From positions 1 to 64,000 of the IMG/VR virus record IMGVR_UViG_3300032086_003797: a stretch of 64,000 nt of DNA, one strand, 5' to 3'. The translations under genes were made by a program, and so were the position numbers. Below are positions 39,295 to 49,248 of the stretch, piece after piece. The DNA is from a virus. Position 1 is the stretch's first letter. The number at the start of each line of letters is the position of its first letter. Under the pieces are notes generated by a model. The model was not told the DNA's origin. It ran no database searches and worked only from the letters and a program-made list of their open reading frames with translations.

Positions 39295-39688
39295 GTTCCT
39301 TAGCGCAGCTATCAGAAAGATAGACTCTTCCAACTCTGACTATAGCGTCCAGCATAGACACGCTGCCGTTATTGTCAAAGGGGGAAGAGTTTTATCTTCT
39401 GGGGTGAATAGGATCAAAACACACCCTAAAGCTGTTGTCGAGGATGAAGACGGTGAAATGATTTGTAAATCAATTCATGCAGAGATGGATGCTATCTCAA
39501 GAGTTAAGAATAAAGAGCAACTTAAAGGGGCTACTATCTATGTTGCCAGAAAAGGCAGAAGTGATCAAGTTGGAATGTCTTTGCCATGTACAATGTGTCA
39601 GCGAGCACTAAGAGAGCATGGCTTAAATAAAGCTATATTTACAACAGAGCATGATCATGGGGTGATATATTTTGGAGGGGAAGAATGA
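39272..39688 (+). CDS. Zn-dependent nucleotide/nucleoside deaminase
   Basis: HAE...PCxxC. Confidence 0.8.
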   Translation: MAMCRQNKFLSAAIRKIDSSNSDYSVQHRHAAVIVKGGRVLSSGVNRIKTHPKAVVEDEDGEMICKSIHAEMDAISRVKNKEQLKGATIYVARKGRSDQVGMSLPCTMCQRALREHGLNKAIFTTEHDHGVIYFGGEE

Positions 39689-39846
39689 AAGGTTTTATTA
39701 TGATGGAAATGCCAAAGAGAATTAAGATAGCTGTTCCAATTGAGGATGACGGCGGAATCTGTGCATTCACTTTGAAGAACATGAGAGATCGAGCCTGGGG
39801 CATAGTGGCAGATATGGAATACGAAGATGACCGACGTGACGCATAA
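39685..39846 (+). CDS. Small hypothetical protein (53 aa, not in track)
   Basis: GGAGG RBS, ATGA overlap, fills the gap between neighbours. Confidence 0.45.
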   Translation: MKGFIMMEMPKRIKIAVPIEDDGGICAFTLKNMRDRAWGIVADMEYEDDRRDA

Positions 39847-40807
39847 AAGACTTTTACTGATTGACGGTATGAATAACTTCCTCAGGTCCTATGTGGTAAA
39901 CCCTAGCCTAGACGCTAATGGTTCCCATATTGGCGGCATGGTAGGGTTTATTAATTCACTAAAAAAAGCTATGACAGAGACCAAGCCCGATGCTGTAATC
40001 ATAGCATGGGAAGGCACTAATGGCTCTCGCAAGCGGAAAGAGATAAACAAAAATTATAAGGCAGGACGCAAACCGCCACGTCTCAACCGAGAGTATGAGT
40101 TTACTGCTGAGGAAGAAGCAGAGAATAAATTACAGCAACTCATTATGCTGATTGACCATCTAGAGAAGCTACCTGTGTTGCAGTTGTCGTTAGATGAAGT
40201 GGAGGCAGATGATGTTATTGCTTGGGCTACAAAGTCCAATCATTATGCAGATTATCAAAAAATTATCTATTCTAATGACAAAGACTTCCTTCAGTTGTGT
40301 GACGACAAGACTATCCTGTATCGTCCTACAGCTAAACAGGTTCACAACAAAAATTCTATTATAGAAGAATTTAAAATCCATCCTCGAAACTTCGCTATTG
40401 CTAAAGCAATCGCTGGTGATAAATCAGATAATATTATTGGCGCACCACGAGTTGGTTTGACCACGGTGGCTAAAAGGTTCCCGTTTCTATGTGAGGATAA
40501 AGATTATATTTTACAGCAAGTCTTCGACTTTTGCGAGGAGAAGGTAAAACAAACTAAGAAACCACCACAGGTTTATAATTCTGTGCTAGAGTGCTCAGGG
40601 ACACTAAAAGATAATTATGATATCGTTCAGTTGTACGAGCCCATGATCTCCTTGCAGGGTCAGCAAAGACTGTCTGAAGCAGTGAACGGCTTTACGCCAC
40701 AACTACAGAAGAATGATTTTAGGATGTCTTTAATGAAGCACGGTATCAGCGGCATCAGCGTAGATAATTTATTCCAATCTTGTATGCAAATTGTAGTAAA
40801 CAAATAA
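39827..40807 (+). CDS. 5'-3' exonuclease / flap endonuclease (T4 RNase H-like)
   Basis: LIDG.N, YKAGR, EADDVI, SNDKDFLQL, GDKSDNI.G. Confidence 0.92.
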   Translation: MTDVTHKRLLLIDGMNNFLRSYVVNPSLDANGSHIGGMVGFINSLKKAMTETKPDAVIIAWEGTNGSRKRKEINKNYKAGRKPPRLNREYEFTAEEEAENKLQQLIMLIDHLEKLPVLQLSLDEVEADDVIAWATKSNHYADYQKIIYSNDKDFLQLCDDKTILYRPTAKQVHNKNSIIEEFKIHPRNFAIAKAIAGDKSDNIIGAPRVGLTTVAKRFPFLCEDKDYILQQVFDFCEEKVKQTKKPPQVYNSVLECSGTLKDNYDIVQLYEPMISLQGQQRLSEAVNGFTPQLQKNDFRMSLMKHGISGISVDNLFQSCMQIVVNK

Positions 40808-40845
40808 TAGTGTTTAGGGTATTGTAGCATACCCAGGAGAATAGC

Positions 40846-42369
40846 ATGACCGATCAAAGGTTGACAGAAGAAGATAGCTTTTCTAAGTTTGGCAAAAGCT
40901 TTCAAGAGAAATTGGGTAAGTTGATCTTACTTGATCGCTCATTCGCTAATCAGATGACTGAAGTGCTGGATATCAAGTTTCTAGAACTTCGATATTTGCA
41001 GGCATTTGTAGAACTCATTTTTCAGTACAAAGAGAAGTACAGTGTCCACCCAACATTTGAAACAATGGTTTCGGTTATTAGAACTGAGATGGATGACTAT
41101 CCCGATGTAGTACGCAAGCAGGTGATCGAATACCTTTCTAAGCTGAAAACTAATCAAATAAGTGATGAAGATTCTGATTTTGTCAAGGAGAAGTCGTTAG
41201 ACTTCTGCAAGAAGCAAAAACTCAAAGAAGCCATCCTTAAATCCGTGGGCTTGTTGCAGACGTCATCCTTTGACGAGATCCATAAGGTTATTGATACAGC
41301 CCTCAAGCTTGGTCTGGATGATAGTCATGGTCATGATTTTGTCCAAGACTTTGAACAAAGATATATTATGAAGGCTAGAGATCCTGTGATTACAGCATGG
41401 CAAGAGGTTGACAAGATTACACGAGGTGGTCTTGGCAAGCGAGAGCTTGGTGTAGTTATTGCTCCAACTGGAGCGGGCAAATCAATGGCTCTGGTACACC
41501 TTGGCGCTATGGCAGTTGCTATGGGTAAGACTGTCATGCACTATACTTTGGAGCTAGCAGAAGGAGTGGTGGGAATGCGTTACGATTCTTGTCTCACTAC
41601 GATCCCTCTGTCGAACCTACACGACCATAAAGATAAGATCAAAGAAAAAATTACTACCCTAGATGGGCAGCTAATTATTAAAGAATATCCTACAAAGTCT
41701 GCAACTACAAAGACTTTGGAGTCGTCGCTAGAGAGGCTTCGACAAAGAGGCATTGAGCCCGACATGGTTATTGTCGATTATGCTGATCTGTTGCGCCCTG
41801 TAGCTACTAATTACAGGAGCGAGCATCGCCACAATCTTGAGTCAATTTATGAAGAGTTGCGAGGCATTGGACAGAAATTTGACCTACCAGTTTGGACAGC
41901 CAGCCAAACTAATAGAAGTGGGTTGAATGCGGAGGTTATTACTATGGAATCAATCAGCGAGGCTTTCAACAAATGCTTTGTAGCTGATTTCATTTGCACA
42001 ATCTCCAGAACAGCAGAAGATAAAGTTGAAGGCGGTGGTCGCATGTTTATCGCTAAGAATAGAAACGGACCCGATGGCATCGTCTTTCCAATGGAGATCG
42101 ACACTAGTAGAGTCAAGTTGAGGGTTTTGCAACCAGAGGCTGGCTCGGACCTAAACTCGGTAGTCTCTAGAACCCAGCAGGAACAGAAAGAACACTTGCA
42201 GCAAAAGTATCAAAAGTACAAGAATAAGAAACAGAAGATGCAGGACACAAACAACAACCAGAAGGCAGCAAGTTCGCAGCTTAGTGGATTAAACAAAGAA
42301 GAATTTAGAAAGCTCGCCCAAAAGCAAGCTAACCAACAAGAACAAAAGGAGACTAACGTCAATGTCTGA
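40846..42369 (+). CDS. Replicative helicase (DnaB/gp41-like)
   Basis: APTGAGKS, YTLE, IIKEYPT, VDYADL, WTASQTNRSG, KNRNG. Confidence 0.93.
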   Translation: MTDQRLTEEDSFSKFGKSFQEKLGKLILLDRSFANQMTEVLDIKFLELRYLQAFVELIFQYKEKYSVHPTFETMVSVIRTEMDDYPDVVRKQVIEYLSKLKTNQISDEDSDFVKEKSLDFCKKQKLKEAILKSVGLLQTSSFDEIHKVIDTALKLGLDDSHGHDFVQDFEQRYIMKARDPVITAWQEVDKITRGGLGKRELGVVIAPTGAGKSMALVHLGAMAVAMGKTVMHYTLELAEGVVGMRYDSCLTTIPLSNLHDHKDKIKEKITTLDGQLIIKEYPTKSATTKTLESSLERLRQRGIEPDMVIVDYADLLRPVATNYRSEHRHNLESIYEELRGIGQKFDLPVWTASQTNRSGLNAEVITMESISEAFNKCFVADFICTISRTAEDKVEGGGRMFIAKNRNGPDGIVFPMEIDTSRVKLRVLQPEAGSDLNSVVSRTQQEQKEHLQQKYQKYKNKKQKMQDTNNNQKAASSQLSGLNKEEFRKLAQKQANQQEQKETNVNV

Positions 42370-44233
42370 GCCAGAACTATCAAACAAGATCCTATCTGAT
42401 ATAACAGTTTATATGAAATATGCCAGGTTTTTACCTGAAGAGCAGCGCAGGGAAACGTGGTCAGAATTAGTAACTCGTAATATGAACATGCACATCAAAA
42501 AATACCCCAAGCTGGAAACGGAAATCCGTGAGAAATATCAGCTTGTTTATGATAAGAAGGTACTCCCTTCGATGCGCTCCATGCAGTTCGGCGGAAGACC
42601 GATTGAAATCGCCCCCAATAGAATTTTTAATTGCGCCTATCAACCTATCAACGATTGGCGTGCATTTGGTGAAACCATGTTTCTTCTTTTGGGCGGAACT
42701 GGCGTCGGCTTCTCCGTCCAGAATCATCACATCGAAGAACTACCAGAAATTCGTAAACCTAATCAGAAAAGAACTCGGAGGTACTTAATCAATGATAGTA
42801 TTGAAGGATGGGCTGATGCCGTTAAATATCTTATGCGTAGCTACTTCTATGGCGGCTCGAAGCTACGATTTGATTTTAGTGATATTCGCCCTAAAGGTGC
42901 TCGCCTTGTAACCTCTGGTGGCAAAGCCCCAGGACCTCAGCCCTTGCGTGAGTGCCTGGTGAAGATCGAGGGCTTACTAAGCGAAAAAAGCGATGGTGAC
43001 AAGCTAAGCTCAATTGAGGTGCATGATATTATTTGCCATGTGGCTGATGCTGTCTTGGCTGGCGGCATCCGAAGAGCCGCTTTGATTTCCCTGTTTTCAG
43101 CCGACGATGATGAAATGATTGCAGCCAAGTCGGGCAACTGGTGGGAAACCAGCCCGCAGAGAGGCAGAGCAAACAACTCAGTCGTCTTGTTACGACACAA
43201 GGTTGATGAAGAGTATTTCATGAATCTTTGGGAGAGAATTAAGGCATCGGGAGCAGGCGAGCCAGGCTTTTATCTGTCGAATGATAAGGACTGGGGTACG
43301 AACCCATGCTGTGAAATTGCCCTTCGCCCACACCAATTCTGTAACCTGACTGAGGTCAATGCTAGCAACATTACTAGTCAAGAGGATTTGAATGAAAGAG
43401 TTGAAGCGGCTTCCTTCATCGGTACCCTACAAGCGGGCTACACAGACTTCCATTATCTGCGCCCAGTTTGGCAGCGAACAACTGAAAGAGACGCACTTGT
43501 TGGAGTTTCTCTAACTGGTATCGCATCTGGTCGTGTGCTGGCAGATGGAATTTCCTTGAAAGAAGCATCCCAGAACGTAAAGAAGGAAAATGTTAGAGTG
43601 TCTGAGCTTATTGGGATTCGCCCAGCATCTCGGACTACCTGTGTTAAGCCAGCGGGCACAACGTCCCTTACCCTTGGGACGTCAAGCGGTATTCACGCCT
43701 GGCACAATGATTATTATATTCGACGTCTGCGTGTAGGTAAGAACGAGGCAATTTACACACACCTATCGATTCATCATCCCGAACTTGTAGAAGATGATTA
43801 CTTTAGACCTCATGATACAGCCGTGATCGGGATTCCCCAGAAAGCCCCTGACGGCTCGATCCTAAGAACAGAGTCGGCTTTAGACTTGCTGAAAAGGGTT
43901 AAGAAGGTCACGAAGGAGTGGATTCGCCCAGGTCATCGAACGGGGCAAAACACCCACAACGTCTCAGCCACTATCTCGATCAAGGATGATGAGTGGGAAG
44001 AGGTTGGAAAGTGGATGTGGAAGAACAATGTTAGCTACAATGGACTTAGCGTGCTTCCTGACGATGGTGGCACTTATGTTCAGGCACCGTTTGAGAATTG
44101 CACCAAGGAGCAATACGAAGAGATGGTCAAGTCCCTGTCCTCTTTGGATCTTAGCACCATTGTGGAATTTGATGATAACACTGACCTCAAGGGTGAAGCT
44201 GCTTGTGCTGGCGGAGCTTGTGAAATAACTTAA
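42362..44233 (+). CDS. nrdJ: Class II (B12-dependent) ribonucleoside-triphosphate reductase
   Basis: FNCA, GGIRRAA, TNPCCEI, FCNLTE, TCVKPAGT, C-terminal CAGGAC. Confidence 0.9.
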   Translation: MSEPELSNKILSDITVYMKYARFLPEEQRRETWSELVTRNMNMHIKKYPKLETEIREKYQLVYDKKVLPSMRSMQFGGRPIEIAPNRIFNCAYQPINDWRAFGETMFLLLGGTGVGFSVQNHHIEELPEIRKPNQKRTRRYLINDSIEGWADAVKYLMRSYFYGGSKLRFDFSDIRPKGARLVTSGGKAPGPQPLRECLVKIEGLLSEKSDGDKLSSIEVHDIICHVADAVLAGGIRRAALISLFSADDDEMIAAKSGNWWETSPQRGRANNSVVLLRHKVDEEYFMNLWERIKASGAGEPGFYLSNDKDWGTNPCCEIALRPHQFCNLTEVNASNITSQEDLNERVEAASFIGTLQAGYTDFHYLRPVWQRTTERDALVGVSLTGIASGRVLADGISLKEASQNVKKENVRVSELIGIRPASRTTCVKPAGTTSLTLGTSSGIHAWHNDYYIRRLRVGKNEAIYTHLSIHHPELVEDDYFRPHDTAVIGIPQKAPDGSILRTESALDLLKRVKKVTKEWIRPGHRTGQNTHNVSATISIKDDEWEEVGKWMWKNNVSYNGLSVLPDDGGTYVQAPFENCTKEQYEEMVKSLSSLDLSTIVEFDDNTDLKGEAACAGGACEIT

Positions 44234-44282
44234 CGATCTAATCAGAGTAAAGTAATATATAAAATATAGAAAGGAGCCCATC

Positions 44283-44513
44283 ATGGCTACCCTAAATTTT
44301 ATTATGCCTAAAAGCCTGAAAGACGGCTTTTGCGCACGTCAACCTAAACAGAATAAGGTCAAGCATAGCTGGTTACCCTCAGGACAGACCCGTGCCCTCC
44401 CAGGAGGTAGTGTTGCCATAGAGTGCTACTGTAGGCATTGCAACGAGCGTGAGTGGAGCACAGTAACAAAAGTAGAGTTCGTAAAACTTACAAAACAATG
44501 GAGCGAGTTATAA
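44283..44513 (+). CDS. Small Zn-ribbon protein
   Basis: AAGGAG RBS; C..H...CxxC. Confidence 0.55.
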   Translation: MATLNFIMPKSLKDGFCARQPKQNKVKHSWLPSGQTRALPGGSVAIECYCRHCNEREWSTVTKVEFVKLTKQWSEL

Positions 44514-44770
44514 TGAAGCCAGTAAACAGAAGACTAATGGTCGAGCCCTATGAAGAGGAGCAGGACAAAAGCTCTTTCATCATTCCAGAGGAGTACCAAG
44601 AAAAGTCACACATAGCTTATAAGATTACAGCCACTTCTAATGATTGCAGCTTGGGTTTAGACGTAGGCGATATAGTGGTTGCACACAGCACAGACCCAGA
44701 GATTATCCACTATGAGGGTAGGCAGTATCATCTGTTGTTAGAAAATCGTGTGGTTTGTGTGGCTAGCTAG
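44513..44770 (+). CDS. GroES-like co-chaperonin
   Basis: MKPVNRRLMVEP...IIPE...VGDIV...Y.LLLE..V. Confidence 0.75.
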   Translation: MKPVNRRLMVEPYEEEQDKSSFIIPEEYQEKSHIAYKITATSNDCSLGLDVGDIVVAHSTDPEIIHYEGRQYHLLLENRVVCVAS

Positions 44771-46020
44771 CCGCCTATACACAGGTCCTCAAATATTTGC
44801 CTGATTTGCAAAAACACTGTTTCTGAATTGGCGGTTGGGGTGAATAGCCTTCTTTGTTCTGCATGTACGCACATGAGGAATGTATTGTGGTGTTCTTGAA
44901 GGGCGAAGACAAAAAGTTCATATCCTCCTGTGATAGCAAAGTTGCTTAACTCATTGCAGGACATCCCGATTTCTGTCTGAGCTTGTTCGTCGGTCATGGT
45001 AATGATAACCTTTTGTGCTCCTGACCTCCAAGAGAAAGGGTACTGATTCATGGTCCAATACATAGCATCTATCGTAGGCTCAAGCCCTGCGCTGGGGGCG
45101 TGCCGAGCATCCTCTAGAATTTGTAAAAACTCATCAGCCCCTACAAAGTTGCTAATAAATTGAGCGTGTCTATGGTGAACTACAATATCCTCATCTCCAC
45201 GGGTGCCCACGATAACTAGTCCAAATCGGAATGTACTAGTGATGGGATCACTCAGCAGTGGCTCAATGCCTCTTATCATTGACTCTATTTCATCATCAAA
45301 CGAACCAGAAATATCGAGAACAAAAACTAAATCTACACCCCGAGAATCAAAACCCTCATCAACTTCCCCATCACAATCATTGTCTAGATTATCGCACACT
45401 TCTTCTTGGGGGATAATTTGCCTATCACAGGGTCCATCAAAGCCACCGTTAGTGCAGTATCGGACACCAGCACGACACTCCCCAACACCCATTGTTCCAG
45501 CGGGTCCTTCATAGCAAACGATAGCAGTAGAATTTGCTATTCCCTCATCTATTGACCCATCGCAGTTGTTGTCTAGTCCATCGCATATCTCATCAGACGG
45601 ACCAATGTGTCCGCTACAGTACACAGCGCCGTTATCGCAGGTCATAACTCCTGGGGTGCAGACCCCAACCCCATAAGAAGTACCCTCTACAAATCCACAC
45701 AACTGATGCTTTTCTGGGTATGATTCGTCTATCTCGCCATCGCAGTCATTATCAATTCCATCGCATATTTCTTCGGAGGGACCTTTGGCACCCGTACACT
45801 CTGACCAGCCTTGAAAGTCGCAGGTTCTTAGTCCATAAGAGCACTGCCCTGGTCTTGCGGGTGGTGGATCTGTGACACCGTTAGGAAAATCTAATCCCTC
45901 GTGGTTGCACAATATTTGCTCACCTGGACGGCACTCAAGCGGCACAAGCTCCTCATCATCAGTACACGACTGACAAAAGACTAGTAAAACAATTATTAAT
46001 AGCTTGGTTATCTTGTCCAT
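44767..46020 (-). CDS. Lipoprotein with MopE-like Cys repeats and C-terminal vWA domain
   Basis: Signal peptide plus Cys; three CD.xDNxCDG.xDE repeats; MIDAS DISGS and TD. Confidence 0.8.
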   Translation of the reverse strand: MDKITKLLIIVLLVFCQSCTDDEELVPLECRPGEQILCNHEGLDFPNGVTDPPPARPGQCSYGLRTCDFQGWSECTGAKGPSEEICDGIDNDCDGEIDESYPEKHQLCGFVEGTSYGVGVCTPGVMTCDNGAVYCSGHIGPSDEICDGLDNNCDGSIDEGIANSTAIVCYEGPAGTMGVGECRAGVRYCTNGGFDGPCDRQIIPQEEVCDNLDNDCDGEVDEGFDSRGVDLVFVLDISGSFDDEIESMIRGIEPLLSDPITSTFRFGLVIVGTRGDEDIVVHHRHAQFISNFVGADEFLQILEDARHAPSAGLEPTIDAMYWTMNQYPFSWRSGAQKVIITMTDEQAQTEIGMSCNELSNFAITGGYELFVFALQEHHNTFLMCVHAEQRRLFTPTANSETVFLQIRQIFEDLCIGG

Positions 46021-46475
46021 TCGGCTACGCTCTCTAAGCAAGCCTTCTGATCATGAAAAAGTTTCATCTTAAACATCTCGCTACCAAGCCAGCTAAAAGA
46101 TAATTGTTTTGCTGGTAGGTCATCGGGAATGTCTGCACTTAATATAATGGGAGGGTTCGCCTCCCTGCCTGGCATTGCGAATGCTAAAAGTAATTGATTT
46201 CCTTTTGAGGTCTGAATCACGCCTCTGATCACGCCAACTCTATTAGCTGCGGGTATGCCTATGGCAATACGAGTCATAGAGTTAGGATTATTATCTAAGG
46301 TGTCTAACGTTTGGATAACCCACAAGCAATTACGTTTTTGACCTTGTAGGTAGTAGGTTGTTTGCTTGGGTATTATGATTTGCGGCGAAGGCTCGGCAAA
46401 AGCAAAAAAAGATATTATAGCAACAAGAGAGACTAATGAAAGTACAGAAGCTAAGACTATAGTTCTTTTGCGCAT
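46008..46475 (-). CDS. Secreted or membrane-anchored hypothetical protein
   Basis: Basic then hydrophobic N-terminus. Confidence 0.55.
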   Translation of the reverse strand: MRKRTIVLASVLSLVSLVAIISFFAFAEPSPQIIIPKQTTYYLQGQKRNCLWVIQTLDTLDNNPNSMTRIAIGIPAANRVGVIRGVIQTSKGNQLLLAFAMPGREANPPIILSADIPDDLPAKQLSFSWLGSEMFKMKLFHDQKACLESVAEWTR

Positions 46476-46484
46476 CCTTGCATA

Positions 46485-46781
46485 TTACTTTGCTTCCCCA
46501 GCATAGGTCACGAAAGGAAGCTTAGTTATCTCCTTGTATAGGGGCTTTTGAGTTTCCATGTCCATGAACTTTACGCCCTTTACAAGAGTAACTAGGACTT
46601 GCTTGGTAATATTTACGTCGTCTTTGGTATATTTCCATCGACCCTCAGTAGCTTCTTTCCAAGCCTGCTGTATAACAATTGAGGCTTGCTTCTGGCTCTC
46701 ATTATTGACCTCGCCCCCAAAAGAAGCTGAAGGAGATAGTAGTAAAAACGATATTGTTGCGATGATTGTTAGAATTTTCAT
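46485..46781 (-). CDS. Secreted hypothetical protein
   Basis: Signal peptide MKILTIIATISFLLLSPSA. Confidence 0.55.
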   Translation of the reverse strand: MKILTIIATISFLLLSPSASFGGEVNNESQKQASIVIQQAWKEATEGRWKYTKDDVNITKQVLVTLVKGVKFMDMETQKPLYKEITKLPFVTYAGEAK

Positions 46782-46869
46782 AACTTATTAGAATCCCACC
46801 TTTGACAATGAAGTGTCATAAACATTCGTAACTAGTCAACAAAACACCAAAATGCCTCATATTTACTAC

Positions 46870-47748
46870 ATGAGAGTAAAATTACCGATCCTAAGATTAG
46901 CCACTCTGCTGGTGTTATTACAAATGGGCTGCATGGGTGGATGTTATTCCACCAAGCAAGTGGTCAAGAAAGATGACAAGCCACACGAAAGGATGCCCTT
47001 CGCATCTTTTGTACGAATTGAGGCAACTCATGCTATCCAGGCATGTCAAACTATAACTGACAAAGATGGCAAAGAGGGCGAGCGATGCACAGTAGGTGCC
47101 GTTAGGTATACTTCGTCAGGAGCCATCATCGGTCATAGCGAAGTAGACCCTACAATCGCATACGCTTTGACTGCGGGACATTCTTGCCAAAAGAAGATAA
47201 AGAATAAGAAAATGGCAGGGTTCTCCTTGAACACGGTGGCTAGCACTTATGTCACTTTGTCCTATCGAGGCGTGTTGAAGGCAGCAGAGATAGTTGCATA
47301 TGAGATGACTTCGGATGTGTGCATACTCAGAGTGACTGGCTACAAGGCTAAGAAGCGCCCCAAAGTAATTCCAATTTCTAAAAAGATGCCAAAGATGGGC
47401 GAGAAGGTATACAACCCCGCCGCACCCAGAGGTATTTTTGGTCCAGGGATGTTGCTTATGTTTGACGGTTATTATGCAGGTGTTGGATATAAAAACTATA
47501 TGTTCTTCACGTTACCAACAAAGCCAGGCTCAAGCGGCTCGCCTATTTTGAATGAGAAGGGAGAGCTAGTATCGATGATATTTGCAGGATTCCCAGCCAT
47601 GGAAAACATCGGGCTAGGCTCAAATCTAAACGCAGTTCGTACATTTGTAGCCGAGACAATTGTGATATCAGAGATGGACCTGTGGGCGAAAAAGAATATG
47701 AACTTAGATTCTACTGAATCGAATACCATAGAGCCACCGAAACCGTGA
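46870..47748 (+). CDS. Exported trypsin-like (S1) serine protease, probable lipoprotein
   Basis: LTAGH, DVCIL and PGSSGSP triad motifs; signal peptide plus Cys. Confidence 0.85.
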   Translation: MRVKLPILRLATLLVLLQMGCMGGCYSTKQVVKKDDKPHERMPFASFVRIEATHAIQACQTITDKDGKEGERCTVGAVRYTSSGAIIGHSEVDPTIAYALTAGHSCQKKIKNKKMAGFSLNTVASTYVTLSYRGVLKAAEIVAYEMTSDVCILRVTGYKAKKRPKVIPISKKMPKMGEKVYNPAAPRGIFGPGMLLMFDGYYAGVGYKNYMFFTLPTKPGSSGSPILNEKGELVSMIFAGFPAMENIGLGSNLNAVRTFVAETIVISEMDLWAKKNMNLDSTESNTIEPPKP

Positions 47749-48221
47749 TGCCTCCAGCAAATCAGCGGGAGCGTGAAGCATATCAGAGAATTAAAGAGAA
47801 CGCATATAACGCCATGCACGAGCCGCAGGTCTACGACGTAACACCAGAGGCTATGCCTAAGACGAATTATCTGTCTGGCTTGGTGTGGACTTCTATGGTG
47901 GCAACATTAGTTTGTGCTATTTTCATGGGCTTTTTATTATATCTTTATAATCAGATAGATTTAGAGGGAAGCCTACAGAAAGCTACCAATCATGCAGTGG
48001 TCAACCTTGAGCGGGTTATCTCTAAGCAGAGCGAAGAAATAAACAATCTAAAAGAAGAAAACAAAAAGATTCATAATCATATAAAGTTTTGGACGCCCAT
48101 AGATTGCAAGCCTAAAGAAAAATGGGTGATACCAGGCATCGGCTTGCCAGAGATACCAATCCAGCGCCAAAGCAGAAATAAAATACAAAGGTATGGTGAC
48201 TTCCAATGCTTCTCTTATTAG
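47745..48221 (+). CDS. Bitopic membrane protein with coiled coil
   Basis: Single TM (about aa 45-68) followed by heptad region. Confidence 0.6.
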   Translation: MMPPANQREREAYQRIKENAYNAMHEPQVYDVTPEAMPKTNYLSGLVWTSMVATLVCAIFMGFLLYLYNQIDLEGSLQKATNHAVVNLERVISKQSEEINNLKEENKKIHNHIKFWTPIDCKPKEKWVIPGIGLPEIPIQRQSRNKIQRYGDFQCFSY

Positions 48222-49006
48222 TAATAATATTATCATTAGTTTTTATTCATGAGCTTGGGCATTATGTCGTCGGTCGTTTGTGCGGCGTCGGCATCCAAGA
48301 ATTCTCAGTGGGCTTTGGACCGAAAATTTTTTCATTCAACGCATTTGGCAACAAGTGGTCTCTCGGTCTACTGCCTCTCGGCGGCTATGTAAAGTTCGAG
48401 GGTGAAGAAGATTATAATAATACAACACGAAATCCTAAGTCTTTTTGGGCAGCACATCCACTAAGGAGAATGATAATAGCCCTAGCAGGACCAGCTACAA
48501 ACCTAGCTCTACCTTATGCTATATTTTTCTTTTACTTGTGGGGTATGCCTTGGTCAGATGTTAAAGCACCCGATGGTTCAAATGTTGGCACGGTTAGTGC
48601 CCCATGGGCTTGGAAGGGAAGTGTTGACACAACACATAAAATGTATTATAATATATACAAATCAATAGACATCATAAAAGACAGGGGAGTATCAGTAAAG
48701 GACGTCGGCGGACCCGTAGCTATCTACGAGATCACAGAACAGGCACAGGCAAGATCAACCCAAACTAAAGACAACGGCTTTATTTATCAGTGGATAGCTT
48801 TCTTGAGTATCAACTTGGGAATAATTAATTTACTACCAATCCCTTTACTAGATGGCGGACATGTGGTATTCTCTATAGCAGAGACAATAATGGGACGTAA
48901 AGTTAAGTACAGGACTCGTGCTTGGCTATCCTATGTTGGTTTGGCATTTGTGGTAGGAATAATGGCGTTAGCAATCACTTCAGATATAGGAAGGTTGATA
49001 GGATAA
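48206..49006 (+). CDS. Site-2 intramembrane metalloprotease (RseP/M50), PDZ-less
   Basis: HELGH, FSVGFGP, PLGGYV, AGP..N, GGPV, NLLPIPLLDGGH. Confidence 0.92.
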   Translation: MLLLLVIILSLVFIHELGHYVVGRLCGVGIQEFSVGFGPKIFSFNAFGNKWSLGLLPLGGYVKFEGEEDYNNTTRNPKSFWAAHPLRRMIIALAGPATNLALPYAIFFFYLWGMPWSDVKAPDGSNVGTVSAPWAWKGSVDTTHKMYYNIYKSIDIIKDRGVSVKDVGGPVAIYEITEQAQARSTQTKDNGFIYQWIAFLSINLGIINLLPIPLLDGGHVVFSIAETIMGRKVKYRTRAWLSYVGLAFVVGIMALAITSDIGRLIG

Positions 49007-49007
49007 C

Positions 49008-49244
49008 ATGGACATCGGAGATGTTGTTTGGCAGGACCATAACGGTTTATTGAGACTCGGCATAATTAAAAGTATTGCAGAGGGCGATGACTCATGGTCT
49101 AGCCTTAGGATAGATTGGGTGGAAGACGATATGTATGAGTATTGGAATCAGCCCGAACACAGGAAAGAAATTTACCGAGGAGATGAGGTCAGAACAGTTT
49201 GCAAGAACAGATTAAACAAAATCGTTACCGCTGCTTTGATCTAG
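49008..49244 (+). CDS. Small SH3-like protein
   Basis: MDIGDVVW...GII...IDW. Confidence 0.55.
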   Translation: MDIGDVVWQDHNGLLRLGIIKSIAEGDDSWSSLRIDWVEDDMYEYWNQPEHRKEIYRGDEVRTVCKNRLNKIVTAALI

Positions 49245-49248
49245 ACCC

